This document shows positions 29,430 through 38,985 of a DNA stretch of 64,000 nucleotides, in pieces. The notes below the pieces were generated by a model, which searched no databases, was not told the DNA's origin, and saw nothing but the letters and a program-made list of their open reading frames with translations. The position numbers were made by a program, and so were the translations under genes. Position 1 is the stretch's first letter, and every line of letters begins with the position of its first letter. Source of the DNA: an uncultured bacterium (lineage in GTDB: Bacteria; Planctomycetota; UBA1135; GCA-002686595); NCBI GenBank assembly GCA_943787795.1, contig CALSNU010000002.1, forward strand, positions 256,001 through 320,000. The letters run 5' to 3'.

Positions 29430-30527
29430 TCAGAAGCCGGCGTTGAAGCCGATGCGGATCAGGTCCGTGTCGCCAGCGTCGCTGCCCACCGAGGTCCAGT
29501 TGATGATGTACTTCATCGCGTGGCCGTCGACGTAGTAGTTGGCGCCGATGTCCATGACGTCGGTGCTGTTGGTGTCGTCAAGGTCCTGATAGCGGATGCC
29601 AAGCTCCCAGCTCTCGTTCAGGGCGAACGTGCCCATGAGCGACCAGGGGGTGTTGTCTCCCTCGGTAGCGGCAGCCACGTAGGCCGCGTTCGTGAGCATC
29701 ACGTGCGGGTCGTTCACGTCGAAGTTCGAGCCGACGCCACTGTCGTCACGGGAGACGAAGTTGGCCGAGATGCTGAACTGGCTCGACTGGGCGCCAGCTT
29801 CAACCGCGAAGCCGCCACCGTCGGCAGCGCCGCCGTCGTCGTAGTACGTGACGCCCGCGGAGGCCGTCATGTCGTCGCCGGCGCCGTACGCGCCCTCGAC
29901 CATGCTCGTGCCCGCGCCCATGAAGTCCATGCCGGCGTGGAGCGCGTAGAAGAGATCGTCGCCGTCGCCGTCCGTCGCGCCAGGGCCGGTCGCGCCGTCG
30001 CTGCCGTCCTGGATCGTGATGGCCCAGTTGAAGGCCTCCATGTCACCGGAGACCGCGAGGCCCTGCTGACGACCCGCGAAGGAAGCAGCGTTCACCGAGC
30101 GGTCGATGAAGAACAGGTTGCCCGAGTCGATCTGGCTCTCCGCAAGCACGTAGGCGCGGAACTGGCCAAGGCGGATGTCGATGGTCTCGCCGGCCGAGAC
30201 GTCGATGTACGCGTCGAGCAGGTTGCCCGTGGCGAAATCGTTCTCGAGGCGGTAGCCAACGCCGGCCGCGGTGGTGCCGTGGGCGAAGAGGCGGGCGTTG
30301 TAGAGCTGGAAGCCACCAAGGTCGTTGGTGCCGACCGTGATGTCGCCGGAGGACGCGTACGCCGCACGGATACGGCCGCCGATCGTCATGCCGCCGCCCT
30401 CCATGTCCTGGAGGTTGGCCGAGAGGGCCTGGACGTCGTTGTCGAGTTGGTCCCAGTCGCTGTTGTTAGCGACCGCGGTACCGCAGGTCAGGGTCAGCGC
30501 GCAGGCGCTGAAGACGAGCTTCTTCAT
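29430..30527 (-). CDS. Outer-membrane beta-barrel porin (OprO/OprP-like), copy 1
   Basis: Signal peptide MKKLVFSAC..., short coiled segment, NARL, LLDAYID, IRLGQF, FFIDRS, amphipathic strands, C-terminal Phe. Confidence 0.8.
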   Translation of the reverse strand: MKKLVFSACALTLTCGTAVANNSDWDQLDNDVQALSANLQDMEGGGMTIGGRIRAAYASSGDITVGTNDLGGFQLYNARLFAHGTTAAGVGYRLENDFATGNLLDAYIDVSAGETIDIRLGQFRAYVLAESQIDSGNLFFIDRSVNAASFAGRQQGLAVSGDMEAFNWAITIQDGSDGATGPGATDGDGDDLFYALHAGMDFMGAGTSMVEGAYGAGDDMTASAGVTYYDDGGAADGGGFAVEAGAQSSQFSISANFVSRDDSGVGSNFDVNDPHVMLTNAAYVAAATEGDNTPWSLMGTFALNESWELGIRYQDLDDTNSTDVMDIGANYYVDGHAMKYIINWTSVGSDAGDTDLIRIGFNAGF

Positions 30528-30924
30528 GGGATTGCCACCTGCGAGGTGGAACGGGGACTGCCGAGAGAGCAAAGGGTGTTGGTTGGTGGGTGAGCGCTGG
30601 CAGATGACGAACAGTTGCCGTCTGACAGGTACTCACATCAGAACTTCCGTGGAAGTAGGGATGCCATCGGCGGCTGCGCCGTGGCCTCGGACCCTTTTTG
30701 TGACGAATCTGGCAGGAATGTCGACCCCCATGGACACAGAACCACTGTCAGGAATCGTCCTGTCCCCCTCCCGTGCCCCTTAGGCCTGCATGGCTGCCCC
30801 ATGTGCCATCCGCACCAGGTAGTGGGCAGCTACGAAGAGTCCAGTCGAACTCTGGCGAAGAGGCTCGCCTCTTCCCGGCCCCGGCGCTCGACGCTCCCCG
30901 ATGGGCCCTCGACCGCCGCCCCTG

Positions 30925-31284
30925 CTACCGCCGCCGGATCGAGAGTGACGGCCCCGTTCGCTCGATCAGCCAGCGCTGATCTTGGTCCTCTTCCCCCGTC
31001 AAAGTGAGCTCCCAGCGCCCGCGATCCAGGGCGGACAGGGAGGCGTTTCGCACGTCCACCACCGCCCCGTCGTTGGCGAGTTCGGCGGAGCCGAGGTGAC
31101 GTCGAGCCCCGGAACTCACCTCGTAGAAGTGAACGGTGTGCGAGCCGAAGGCCCACCCAGAGACGGCGCGGAGCTCGAGCTCGACGTCTTGGAGCTGGAA
31201 GGAGCTGAAGGTCTCCCCGCTCGGCTCCCGCGCGCACCCGCCAAGAAGCAGCCCGAGCGCAAGGGTGCGGAGGATTGGCGCCAT
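30925..31284 (-). CDS. Small hypothetical lipoprotein
   Basis: MAPILRTLALGLLLGGC lipobox; beta-rich mature part. Confidence 0.6.
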   Translation of the reverse strand: MAPILRTLALGLLLGGCAREPSGETFSSFQLQDVELELRAVSGWAFGSHTVHFYEVSSGARRHLGSAELANDGAVVDVRNASLSALDRGRWELTLTGEEDQDQRWLIERTGPSLSIRRR

Positions 31285-31370
31285 GTCCCGATCATCAGCC
31301 GCGCAGGCTGCAGGTGTACAGCGCAACCGCTCAGATCCTCGCCTCCGAGACGAGGGCTGGCGCCTTGTGA

Positions 31371-31412
31371 ACGAAGAGAGCCCCGCGCAGGACTGCGCGG
31401 GGCTCTCTTCGT
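31371..31412. terminator. Long perfect inverted repeat, terminator of porin copy 2
   Basis: Identical to 29343-29384. Confidence 0.85.
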
Positions 31413-31457
31413 GGATCCTGGATAGGGCCGGCCCAAGGGCCCGCCCGATCCACCGGA

Positions 31458-32555
31458 TCAGAAGCCGGCGTTGAAGCCGATACGGATCAGGTCCGTGTCG
31501 CCAGCGTCGCTGCCCACCGAGGTCCAGTTGATGATGTACTTCATCGCGTGGCCGTCGACGTAGTAGTTGGCGCCGATGTCCATGACGTCGGTGCTGTTGG
31601 TGTCGTCAAGGTCCTGATAGCGGATGCCAAGCTCCCAGCTCTCGTTCAGGGCGAACGTGCCCATGAGCGACCAGGGGGTGTTGTCTCCCTCGGTAGCGGC
31701 AGCCACGTAGGCCGCGTTCGTGAGCATCACGTGCGGGTCGTTCACGTCGAAGTTCGAGCCGACGCCACTGTCGTCACGGGAGACGAAGTTGGCCGAGATG
31801 CTGAACTGGCTCGACTGGGCGCCAGCTTCAACCGCGAAGCCGCCACCGTCGGCAGCGCCGCCGTCGTCGTAGTACGTGACGCCCGCGGAGGCCGTCATGT
31901 CGTCGCCAGCGCCGTACGCGCCCTCGACCATGCTCGTGCCCGCGCCCATGAAGTCCATGCCGGCGTGGAGCGCGTAGAAGAGATCGTCGCCGTCGCCGTC
32001 CGTCGCGCCAGGGCCGGTCGCGCCGTCGCTGCCGTCCTGGATCGTGATGGCCCAGTTGAAGGCCTCCATGTCACCGGAGACCGCGAGGCCCTGCTGACGA
32101 CCCGCGAAGGAAGCAGCGTTCACCGAGCGGTCGATGAAGAACAGGTTGCCCGAGTCGATCTGGCTCTCCGCAAGCACGTAGGCGCGGAACTGGCCAAGGC
32201 GGATGTCGATGGTCTCGCCGGCCGAGACGTCGATGTACGCGTCGAGCAGGTTGCCCGTGGCGAAATCGTTCTCGAGGCGGTAGCCAACGCCGGCCGCGGT
32301 GGTGCCGTGGGCGAAGAGGCGGGCGTTGTAGAGCTGGAAGCCACCAAGGTCGTTGGTGCCGACCGTGATGTCGCCGGAGGACGCGTACGCCGCACGGATA
32401 CGGCCGCCGATCGTCATGCCGCCGCCCTCCATGTCCTGGAGGTTGGCCGAGAGGGCCTGGACGTCGTTGTCGAGTTGGTCCCAGTCGCTGTTGTTAGCGA
32501 CCGCGGTACCGCAGGTCAGGGTGAGCGCGCAGGCGCTGAAGACGAGCTTCTTCAT
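31458..32555 (-). CDS. Outer-membrane beta-barrel porin, copy 2 (protein identical to copy 1)
   Basis: Translation from MKKLVF to NAGF identical to 29430-30527. Confidence 0.8.
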   Translation of the reverse strand: MKKLVFSACALTLTCGTAVANNSDWDQLDNDVQALSANLQDMEGGGMTIGGRIRAAYASSGDITVGTNDLGGFQLYNARLFAHGTTAAGVGYRLENDFATGNLLDAYIDVSAGETIDIRLGQFRAYVLAESQIDSGNLFFIDRSVNAASFAGRQQGLAVSGDMEAFNWAITIQDGSDGATGPGATDGDGDDLFYALHAGMDFMGAGTSMVEGAYGAGDDMTASAGVTYYDDGGAADGGGFAVEAGAQSSQFSISANFVSRDDSGVGSNFDVNDPHVMLTNAAYVAAATEGDNTPWSLMGTFALNESWELGIRYQDLDDTNSTDVMDIGANYYVDGHAMKYIINWTSVGSDAGDTDLIRIGFNAGF

Positions 32556-32839
32556 GGGATTGCCACCAGTGAGGTGGTTGGGGGACTGCCGAGAGAGCAA
32601 AGGGAGTGGTATCGAGGCGCAGAGGTTGCCGCGGCGAACTTGAGCCGTCGACCTGGCACGCATGAAATCGCTTCAAGGAAGCAGTGGGGACATCGGTGTG
32701 GCCCCGGACGACCCGGACCGATTTCAGCGCAAATCTCAGCCTTGTGCAGATGGTCTAAGGCCGGAGCCCTCTTTTCCATGTCTCCAGGCGTGTTTTTTGA
32801 GCCGGCCGCATGAAGTTCACTTCATGGCCGCGGCGGAAA

Positions 32840-33271
32840 TCAGTCGTCCGACCCACGCGATCGGCGGCCCTTCTTGATCTCGCCCCGGGCTCGCTTCTTG
32901 TCGAGACGACGTCTCTGGGAGCCGCGAGTGGGCTTGGTCGCCCGACGCGCCTTGCGAATCAGGAGGCCGTCCGCCACCAGCGCAGCCAACCGCTCCCTGC
33001 ACGCCTCGATGTTCTGGTGCTGCGAGCGCCGCGCGCTGGATCGAACCACCAGGGCCTTCTTCTCTCCGACCAACCGGTGCCCCAGCGCGGCCATGAGCCG
33101 CGCCCTGTCTGTATTACTTAGGGCCGTCGATGAACCGACCTCGAAGCGGATCTCCACCGCCGTCTCCACCTTGTTCACGTGCTGACCGCCAGGACCGCCG
33201 GCCCGCATGGTGCGCACCGTCAGGTCAGCTGCAGGGATCACGACCCGCTCATTGACTCGTAGCGGGTCCAC
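32840..33271 (-). CDS. arfB: Alternative ribosome rescue factor ArfB (peptidyl-tRNA hydrolase)
   Basis: GPGGQHVNKVETAV, RSQHQN, basic tail RRATKPTRGSQRRRLDKK. Confidence 0.95.
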   Translation of the reverse strand: MDPLRVNERVVIPAADLTVRTMRAGGPGGQHVNKVETAVEIRFEVGSSTALSNTDRARLMAALGHRLVGEKKALVVRSSARRSQHQNIEACRERLAALVADGLLIRKARRATKPTRGSQRRRLDKKRARGEIKKGRRSRGSDD

Positions 33272-33274
33272 CCG

Positions 33275-33622
33275 TCACGCCCCTGAGAGCCGCCTCAGCG
33301 CTGCCCACGTGAAGATGCCGGTGCGGTGACCGTCGCTGAAGGTGACGGAAAGGGCGTAGTTGCCCACCAGCTCCACCCCGGCCTGCGTGAGCCCCTCCGG
33401 GACCGTCTGCGGGTCCAGAAGCGCTGCTCCGCTGAACTCGTCCACGCAGCGCGCGCAGGGGCAGCCGAGGCGCAGCGACCGCGCGGAGACCGAAGTCGAG
33501 GCGCCGTCCGGCCACTGGAAGCCGATGCGATCTGGCTCCCGCCTGAGGATCCGCACGGGCGGCTCGACCCGTTCTGGACGGCTGGGATGGGGTTGGCCCG
33601 CTTCGTCCATCATTCGACTCAT
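33275..33622 (-). CDS. DUF971 / gamma-butyrobetaine hydroxylase N-terminal-like protein
   Basis: WPDG, LRLGCPCARC, VGNYAL, FSDGHRTGIFTW; start uncertain. Confidence 0.85.
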   Translation of the reverse strand: MSRMMDEAGQPHPSRPERVEPPVRILRREPDRIGFQWPDGASTSVSARSLRLGCPCARCVDEFSGAALLDPQTVPEGLTQAGVELVGNYALSVTFSDGHRTGIFTWAALRRLSGA

Positions 33623-33653
33623 CCGATGTGGCTTGACCACTGGCAGTCGTAAG

Positions 33654-33729
33654 TGGTGGCGAGGACCGGATTTGAACCGGTGACCCCTTGATTTTCAATC
33701 AAGTGCTCTACCAACTGAGCTACCTCGCC
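33654..33729 (-). tRNA. tRNA-Phe (GAA)
   Basis: Minus strand GGCGAGGTAGCTCAGTTGGTAGAGCA-CTTGA TTGAAAA TCAAG-GGGTCACCGGTTCAAATCCGGTCCTCGCCACCA; cloverleaf with encoded CCA. Confidence 0.97.
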
Positions 33730-33752
33730 TCGCACTCCCTTTCGGGGCTGGA

Positions 33753-33781
33753 ATTCTCCGTCAGGCCGGGGCGGTCGTCAA
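33753..33781 (-). promoter_or_regulatory. Putative sigma70 promoter for tRNA-Phe
   Basis: TTGACG-N17-GAGAAT on the minus strand, 23 nt upstream of the tRNA 5' end. Confidence 0.6.
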
Positions 33782-33958
33782 CGCAAAGCCCCCCCCTTTC
33801 TGAACGGTCTCCTCAGCGGAGCGATCTTTCGGGTTCGAGCCACCAGAGGTTCCAGCGCTTGCGCGAGGCATCGGCCCCCTCCATCGGGGGCAACCGGTCC
33901 GAGAAGGCCGAGGGGATCTGCCTTGAATCGCCCCCCCCAGGCCTGCTCAGTTGGGGCC

Positions 33959-35167
33959 ATGGACACCCTCAGGACACCCTCCTGGCGACGGGAAGATGAG
34001 ACTCCCTCCCCGTCCGAGCCCCACTCTCTGCCCGAAGGCTCGTCGACGCACGGGATCCCCCGCGAAGGCCAGCCAGGCGATCGGCAACCGGGCCAGCAAC
34101 CGAGTCAGCAACCGGGGGGGCAACCCGGCGGACAACCAGAAGCGCCGGCCGGCAGACCAAGCTCAGCACCCTTCACGGCGCCCGGGAACGTGGTGAGCGG
34201 GACCGGAGTTCCCCTTGCAGCCGCCGCCGCCATGGAGGGCGTCCCCTCGGTTCAGGCGCTTCGCAAGCGGATCAAGAAGGGCACCCTCGCGAGCGTGCGC
34301 GTGTTGCACCGCGATTCCATCGTGGTCGGCGTTGAGCTGGACGAGCTCGCAAGGCAATACCCCGCGGCCTTCCACTCTAGGCCGGCCGCGCAGCCCTCCC
34401 CGCCGGAGCCCGACACACAACCCGCGGGCCCTGAAGAGCAACCCGCGCCTCCCTCGAGACAACCCGAGGATACCCACGGGCCGCGGCGCAACACCGCTGA
34501 AGGCCCCCTGAGGCCAGGCCGCACCTCAGCCGGGGGCGATCCGGTTGCCCCTGACGGGCAACCCGACAAACAACGCGACGAGCAACCCGACGAACCCGAC
34601 GCCGAGCAGCCAGAGCCGCGGGGAGCCCGGGAGCTGCAGACGGTCGACGTGGCGATCCAGGGCTGGCGCGAGGCTCGGGAGGCCCTGGAAACAAGCCGAA
34701 GGGAGCACCGCGAGGAGGTCACGCGGACGATCTCGTCGTACGAGAACCAGCTGCGGTCGAGGGACCGGGAGAGGGAACATGAGCAGAAGATCCACGGGGC
34801 GCGAGAGGCCCGGGCGGTCCGCTGGGGACGGGCTGCAGCCGGCGCCCTCCTCGTCACCCTGACCATGGGCCTTTGGGCCACGGAGCGCGCGGGCGACCGT
34901 CTCGCCACCGAGCGGTTCCAGGCTGGGGCCATGACCGAGCAGACCCGGGCCCTCACCGAGGAGAAGGCGGCGCTGGTGGAGGCCATCGAAGCCCAGGGCG
35001 CCGAACTCGGGGCGGCCCTTGAGGCCCTCGACGAGGCGGAGGCCGAGGCTGGCGCCTTGAGCGCCCAGCGAGACGCCCTCGGGCAGGAGCTGGAGGAGAT
35101 CCGGGCCGAGCGAGAACGCGCGCGGGACGCCACCCGCGCCGCACTCAGGTTCCTCGGCGCCCGCTGA
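33959..35167 (+). CDS. Hypothetical protein: disordered N-terminus, HTH-like segment, coiled coils and one TM helix
   Basis: LAAAAAMEGVPSVQALRKRIKKGTL resembles an excisionase/MerR-type HTH; TM AAAGALLVTLTMGLWA; heptad-rich C-terminus. Confidence 0.6.
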   Translation: MDTLRTPSWRREDETPSPSEPHSLPEGSSTHGIPREGQPGDRQPGQQPSQQPGGQPGGQPEAPAGRPSSAPFTAPGNVVSGTGVPLAAAAAMEGVPSVQALRKRIKKGTLASVRVLHRDSIVVGVELDELARQYPAAFHSRPAAQPSPPEPDTQPAGPEEQPAPPSRQPEDTHGPRRNTAEGPLRPGRTSAGGDPVAPDGQPDKQRDEQPDEPDAEQPEPRGARELQTVDVAIQGWREAREALETSRREHREEVTRTISSYENQLRSRDREREHEQKIHGAREARAVRWGRAAAGALLVTLTMGLWATERAGDRLATERFQAGAMTEQTRALTEEKAALVEAIEAQGAELGAALEALDEAEAEAGALSAQRDALGQELEEIRAERERARDATRAALRFLGAR

Positions 35168-35249
35168 TTCGACCCCGCGACTGATTCGACCCCACTATTG
35201 GGCCGAGTCTGCTGCTGGGCCGGGCCTGCTGCTGGGCCGGGCCTGCTGC
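35164..35249. repeat. 17-bp-period tandem repeats, intergenic
   Basis: CTGATTCGACCCC x2 followed by TGGGCCGRGYCTGCTGC x3. Confidence 0.8.
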
Positions 35250-35291
35250 CGAGACGAGGCAGCGCAGGAGCGGGAGACCGGCGTCGCCTCG

Positions 35292-36263
35292 TCAGCCCCG
35301 GGTGAGGACCGCTCGTGCGCGCTCCACGTCGGCGGAGATCGCCGCCTGGAGCTCATCGAGGCTGCCGAACTTCACCTCGGGGCGCAGCCGCTCGGCGAAT
35401 TCCAGCTCGATGCGTTGGCCGTAGAGGTCCCCGTCGAAGTCGAGCAGGTGGACCTCGACCAGGGGCCCAGCCCCCTCGGTCGCCACCGTGGGACGCCGGC
35501 CGATGTTGGCGACGGCGTCAAAGCTCCCAACCCGCTCCCGCGGGTCCGGAGCGCCACTCTCGGAAGGAGGCGGGACCACGTGGGCCCGGCACGCGTACAC
35601 GCCCTCGGGGGGCTGCAGCTCGTGGAGCAGGTCGAGGTTGGCCGTTGGGAATCCCAGCCGCCGCCCCAGCGCCTGCCCGGGAACGACCTCCCCGTAGATG
35701 GTGACCGGTCGCCCAAGCATCCGGCTCGCGCCGGCCAGATCGCCGAGCTCCACGGACTCTCGGATGACCGTGCTGGAGACCGCCCGCTGCCCGACCAGCA
35801 CCTTCGGCGCGATCTCCACCTCGTGGCCGCGGTCCTCCAGGGACCCCGGTCCACCCGATCGGTCCTTCCCGAACTTGCTGTCAAAGCCCAGGACAAACGC
35901 CCTCGTGGCGAGCCCGTGCTCGAGGATCCGCTCGCTGAAGGCCTCCGCCGTGGTGTTTCGGAGCTCCTCATCGAAGGTGAGCACCACCACGTGGCGAATC
36001 CCGGCGCGCCACAGGAGCGCCAGCTTGTGCTCCAGGGTCGTCAGGGTGCGGGGCGCGCGGCCCAGGAGGACCGCCTTGGGGTGCTCCGCGAAGGTCACCA
36101 CCGTGGGCTCCGACCCGAGCGCCTCAGCCCTGGCCACATTCGCCTCGAGGATCGATTGGTGTCCAAGGTGCACCCCGTCGAACACCCCGACGCTGGTCAC
36201 GGCACCGCCGGCGCGGGCCTCCAGGCCCTCAACTGAGCGGCTGACTCGGAGTCGGTAGGGCAC
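35292..36263 (-). CDS. ribF: Bifunctional riboflavin kinase/FAD synthetase
   Basis: GVFDGVHLGHQ, VSST, GRRLGFPTANL, NIGRRPT, EVHLLDFDGDLYG. Confidence 0.96.
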   Translation of the reverse strand: MPYRLRVSRSVEGLEARAGGAVTSVGVFDGVHLGHQSILEANVARAEALGSEPTVVTFAEHPKAVLLGRAPRTLTTLEHKLALLWRAGIRHVVVLTFDEELRNTTAEAFSERILEHGLATRAFVLGFDSKFGKDRSGGPGSLEDRGHEVEIAPKVLVGQRAVSSTVIRESVELGDLAGASRMLGRPVTIYGEVVPGQALGRRLGFPTANLDLLHELQPPEGVYACRAHVVPPPSESGAPDPRERVGSFDAVANIGRRPTVATEGAGPLVEVHLLDFDGDLYGQRIELEFAERLRPEVKFGSLDELQAAISADVERARAVLTRG

Positions 36264-36266
36264 GGC

Positions 36267-36803
36267 TCAGGAGCGCTCGGCGCGATACTGCGCCTTGAGT
36301 TCCTCGACAGCCGCGCGGTTGCGCATCTTGTCGCTCGGGGTCATCCGGTCCACGAGGAGCACCCCCTGCAGGTGGTCGTACTCGTGCTGGATGATCCGCG
36401 AGACAAACCCCTCGGCCTCCATCTCGAAGGCCTTGCCCTCCACGTCAAAGGCGTGGACGAGGCACCTGTCCGGACGGGTGACGTCACAGTGGATCCCGGG
36501 CAAGGAGAGGCAGCCCTCCTCAAATCGGACCTTGTCCCCCTTGAGGGACTTGATGGTCGGATTGATCAGCACGAGGTTTCGATCCGGCTTCTCGACGTCC
36601 CCCTCGTCGTTCAGGACGAAGATCCGGCTCGAGAGGCCCACCTGAGGCGCGGCCAACCCGACCCCCTGACTCTCGAACATGCGGGCGAACATTCCGTCCA
36701 CGATCGACTTCAAGGCGTCGTCAAAGGAGGCGACTTCCTCGGCCTCCTTCCGGAGAACAGGATCGGGGAACAGGACGACTTCGAAGCTCCGGGGCTCGGA
36801 CAT
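36267..36803 (-). CDS. def: Peptide deformylase
   Basis: GVGLAAPQVG, EGCLS, QHEYDHL. Confidence 0.97.
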   Translation of the reverse strand: MSEPRSFEVVLFPDPVLRKEAEEVASFDDALKSIVDGMFARMFESQGVGLAAPQVGLSSRIFVLNDEGDVEKPDRNLVLINPTIKSLKGDKVRFEEGCLSLPGIHCDVTRPDRCLVHAFDVEGKAFEMEAEGFVSRIIQHEYDHLQGVLLVDRMTPSDKMRNRAAVEELKAQYRAERS

Positions 36804-36900
36804 GGTGCTCAACGAGGGAGGGTTGCCGCCGCTACGCGCCGCGGTATGCCCCTAAGATAGGTCCGTTCCCGTGCCGCTGGGCGGCTTTCGCATTCGATCC

Positions 36901-38232
36901 GTGGACTACTCAAAACACATCCAAAAGGCCGAAGAGGCCGCGCGTCGCCGTAACTACGACTTCGCCATCGAGCTCTACCAGCAGATCCTCGAGATCGACG
37001 CTGATATCGGGGAGGCTCGAGCGGGGCTCCGAAGCGCGCTCAAGGCGCGCCACGACACCAAGAAGTCGGGGCGTTTCATGAAGCTCGTCAAGGGCGCCAG
37101 CTCCCTCACCGCGGCCAAGGGCCTCGCCAAGGCGTCGAAGTTCGACGCCGCGGCCAAGGCCTGCGAGAGCTACCTGAAGGCGGCCCCGCTGGACGTGGAG
37201 GCCAACATGTTGCTGGGGATGTCCCTGGAGTCAGCGGGACACTTCCGGTCGGCCCTCGCCGTCTATGAGTTCATCGCACAGATCGACCCCAAGAACGCCC
37301 AGGGCCTCAAGCGGGCCGGGGCCATGATGGCCCGCACAGGCGATTCGGTGAAGGCGCTCGCGTTCTACGAACGCGCGCTGGAGGCCGACCCGCGGGATCG
37401 CGACGCCCTCAAGGCCCGCAAGGACCTCGCCGCCGAGGCGGCCATTCAGAGCTCGAAGTTCGACAGCGTCGAGCACAGCCGTGAGCAGCTCGTGGACGTG
37501 GAGCAGACCCGCGAGCTCGAGCAGAGTCGGCGCCTGCACCGCACGCCCGAGGAGCTCGAGGCCGACCGCGAACGGCTCGAGTCCAAGTTCGCAGAGGACA
37601 CCACCGACGTGGACGTCATGGTCAAGCTGGCCGAGGTGCACGAGAAGCTCCGTGACCCGGAAGCTGCCCTCGACGTCCTCGAGCGTGCGCTCTCCTACCG
37701 GAAGGGGGACCGCGACCTCGAGGAGCGGGTCGGCACCATGCGCGGCAAGGCCCTGAAGCGCGCCCTCGCCAAGGCGGACAAGCTCGGGGACCAGGAGAAG
37801 GCCGACCGGATCGAGGCCAAGCTGCGGGCCCACGAGGTCTCGGAGATCCAGCGGCGGCTCGCGATCCACCCCGGCGATGCGACGCTCCGGGTCCAGCTCG
37901 GCCAGGAGTTGCTGCGTCAGGGTGACCCGGACGCGGCGGCCTCCGAGCTCCAGAAGGCCCTCTCAGACCCCAGGAAGGCCCTTGAGGCCCGTCTCTTGCT
38001 CGCGAAGTGCTTCGAGGCCAAGGGGTTCGGCGACCTCGCCGCCAACGAGTATGAGAAGGCCCTGGAGGGGATGGCGGAGAACGACCAGCGCCGGCGAGAG
38101 ATCCTGTATAGTCTCGCCGCTCTTTCGGAAGAAGCGGGTGACCTCGAGCGAGCTCGAACGCTCTACACGCGTGTGTACGAGGTCGACGTGAGCTTCCGAG
38201 ACGTCGCCAAGAAGATGGAGCAGCTGCGCTGA
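36901..38232 (+). CDS. Tetratricopeptide repeat protein
   Basis: Multiple TPR-like helical pairs; C-terminal VYEVDVSFRDV. Confidence 0.85.
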   Translation: MDYSKHIQKAEEAARRRNYDFAIELYQQILEIDADIGEARAGLRSALKARHDTKKSGRFMKLVKGASSLTAAKGLAKASKFDAAAKACESYLKAAPLDVEANMLLGMSLESAGHFRSALAVYEFIAQIDPKNAQGLKRAGAMMARTGDSVKALAFYERALEADPRDRDALKARKDLAAEAAIQSSKFDSVEHSREQLVDVEQTRELEQSRRLHRTPEELEADRERLESKFAEDTTDVDVMVKLAEVHEKLRDPEAALDVLERALSYRKGDRDLEERVGTMRGKALKRALAKADKLGDQEKADRIEAKLRAHEVSEIQRRLAIHPGDATLRVQLGQELLRQGDPDAAASELQKALSDPRKALEARLLLAKCFEAKGFGDLAANEYEKALEGMAENDQRRREILYSLAALSEEAGDLERARTLYTRVYEVDVSFRDVAKKMEQLR

Positions 38233-38336
38233 CGCGCCGCCGCCTCCGCCCTCTGGCCCCGATGAGCCCCAATCCAACGTCCCCAAGGGGGGCCGCCCCG
38301 AACACCAAGCGCCAAGCCGGCGCCCACTGAAATCAG

Positions 38337-38594
38337 ATGCCCAACACCAAGCAAGCCAAGAAGCGCATGGTCACCGACGACGCCCGTCGTCTGGCCAACA
38401 AGACCGTCCGTACCTCCATGCGCTCGGCCGTCAAGAAGGTCCTGCAGTCCGAGTCCGCCGACGAGGCGAAGGCCGGCATGACCGAGGCCTTCAAGCGCGT
38501 CGACAAGGCCGCCAAGAAGAACATCATCCATGACAACGCGGCCGCGCGGACGAAGTCCCAGCTCAGCCGTCACGTCAACAAGCTCGAGGGCTGA
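38337..38594 (+). CDS. rpsT: 30S ribosomal protein S20
   Basis: MPNTKQAKKR...DKAAKKNIIHDNAAARTKS. Confidence 0.97.
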   Translation: MPNTKQAKKRMVTDDARRLANKTVRTSMRSAVKKVLQSESADEAKAGMTEAFKRVDKAAKKNIIHDNAAARTKSQLSRHVNKLEG

Positions 38595-38617
38595 GCCCCC
38601 CGGGGCGGATCAGTTCC

Positions 38618-38956
38618 ATGGGGTGCTTCTCGACCAGCAAGGATGCCTCCGACAAGTGGCTCCAGCCCGTGGCCGTTCCGTCCAGCAAGGGCGGGGTCTT
38701 CGGCACGGTGATTGAGTTGCTTGAGGACCTGCCGGGTTGGGAGGTCCAGTCCTCTGACGAGGAGAGCTGCACGGTCCACGTCTCCAAGGCCAACGGCTTC
38801 CTCGGCGGCACCTCGAAGATCTCGATCACGGTCTCAGGTCCAGACGGCATCCCCTCCTCGGAGACCAACGTCACCTCCGAGTCGGACGGGATGATCTCCC
38901 GGGACAAGTCCAACGTCTCGACCTTCTGCCGCAAGCTCTGGATGCGCGTCACCTGA
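38618..38956 (+). CDS. Small hypothetical protein (possibly DUF1499-like)
   Basis: Clean ORF with GC-rich third positions following rpsT; LPGWEV...GFLGG...ITV...S.S pattern. Confidence 0.6.
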   Translation: MGCFSTSKDASDKWLQPVAVPSSKGGVFGTVIELLEDLPGWEVQSSDEESCTVHVSKANGFLGGTSKISITVSGPDGIPSSETNVTSESDGMISRDKSNVSTFCRKLWMRVT

Positions 38957-38985
38957 GGGCGGGCAGCGCAGCTGGGCCCCTCGGA

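Larger units (their letters stand above)
29343..30576. repeat. 1.23-kb direct repeat, copy 1 (terminator + porin + 5' leader)
   Basis: Matches 31371-32604 at offset 2028 with only a few substitutions. Confidence 0.95.
31371..32604. repeat. 1.23-kb direct repeat, copy 2
   Basis: Matches 29343-30576. Confidence 0.95.

Noticed and set aside
29343..32604. Composite transposon or IS pair
   Set aside because: The repeated unit encodes a porin, not a transposase; no terminal inverted repeats or target-site duplication seen
33654..35167. Integrative element at tRNA-Phe
   Set aside because: No integrase, no duplicated tRNA 3' end seen, and flanks are housekeeping genes
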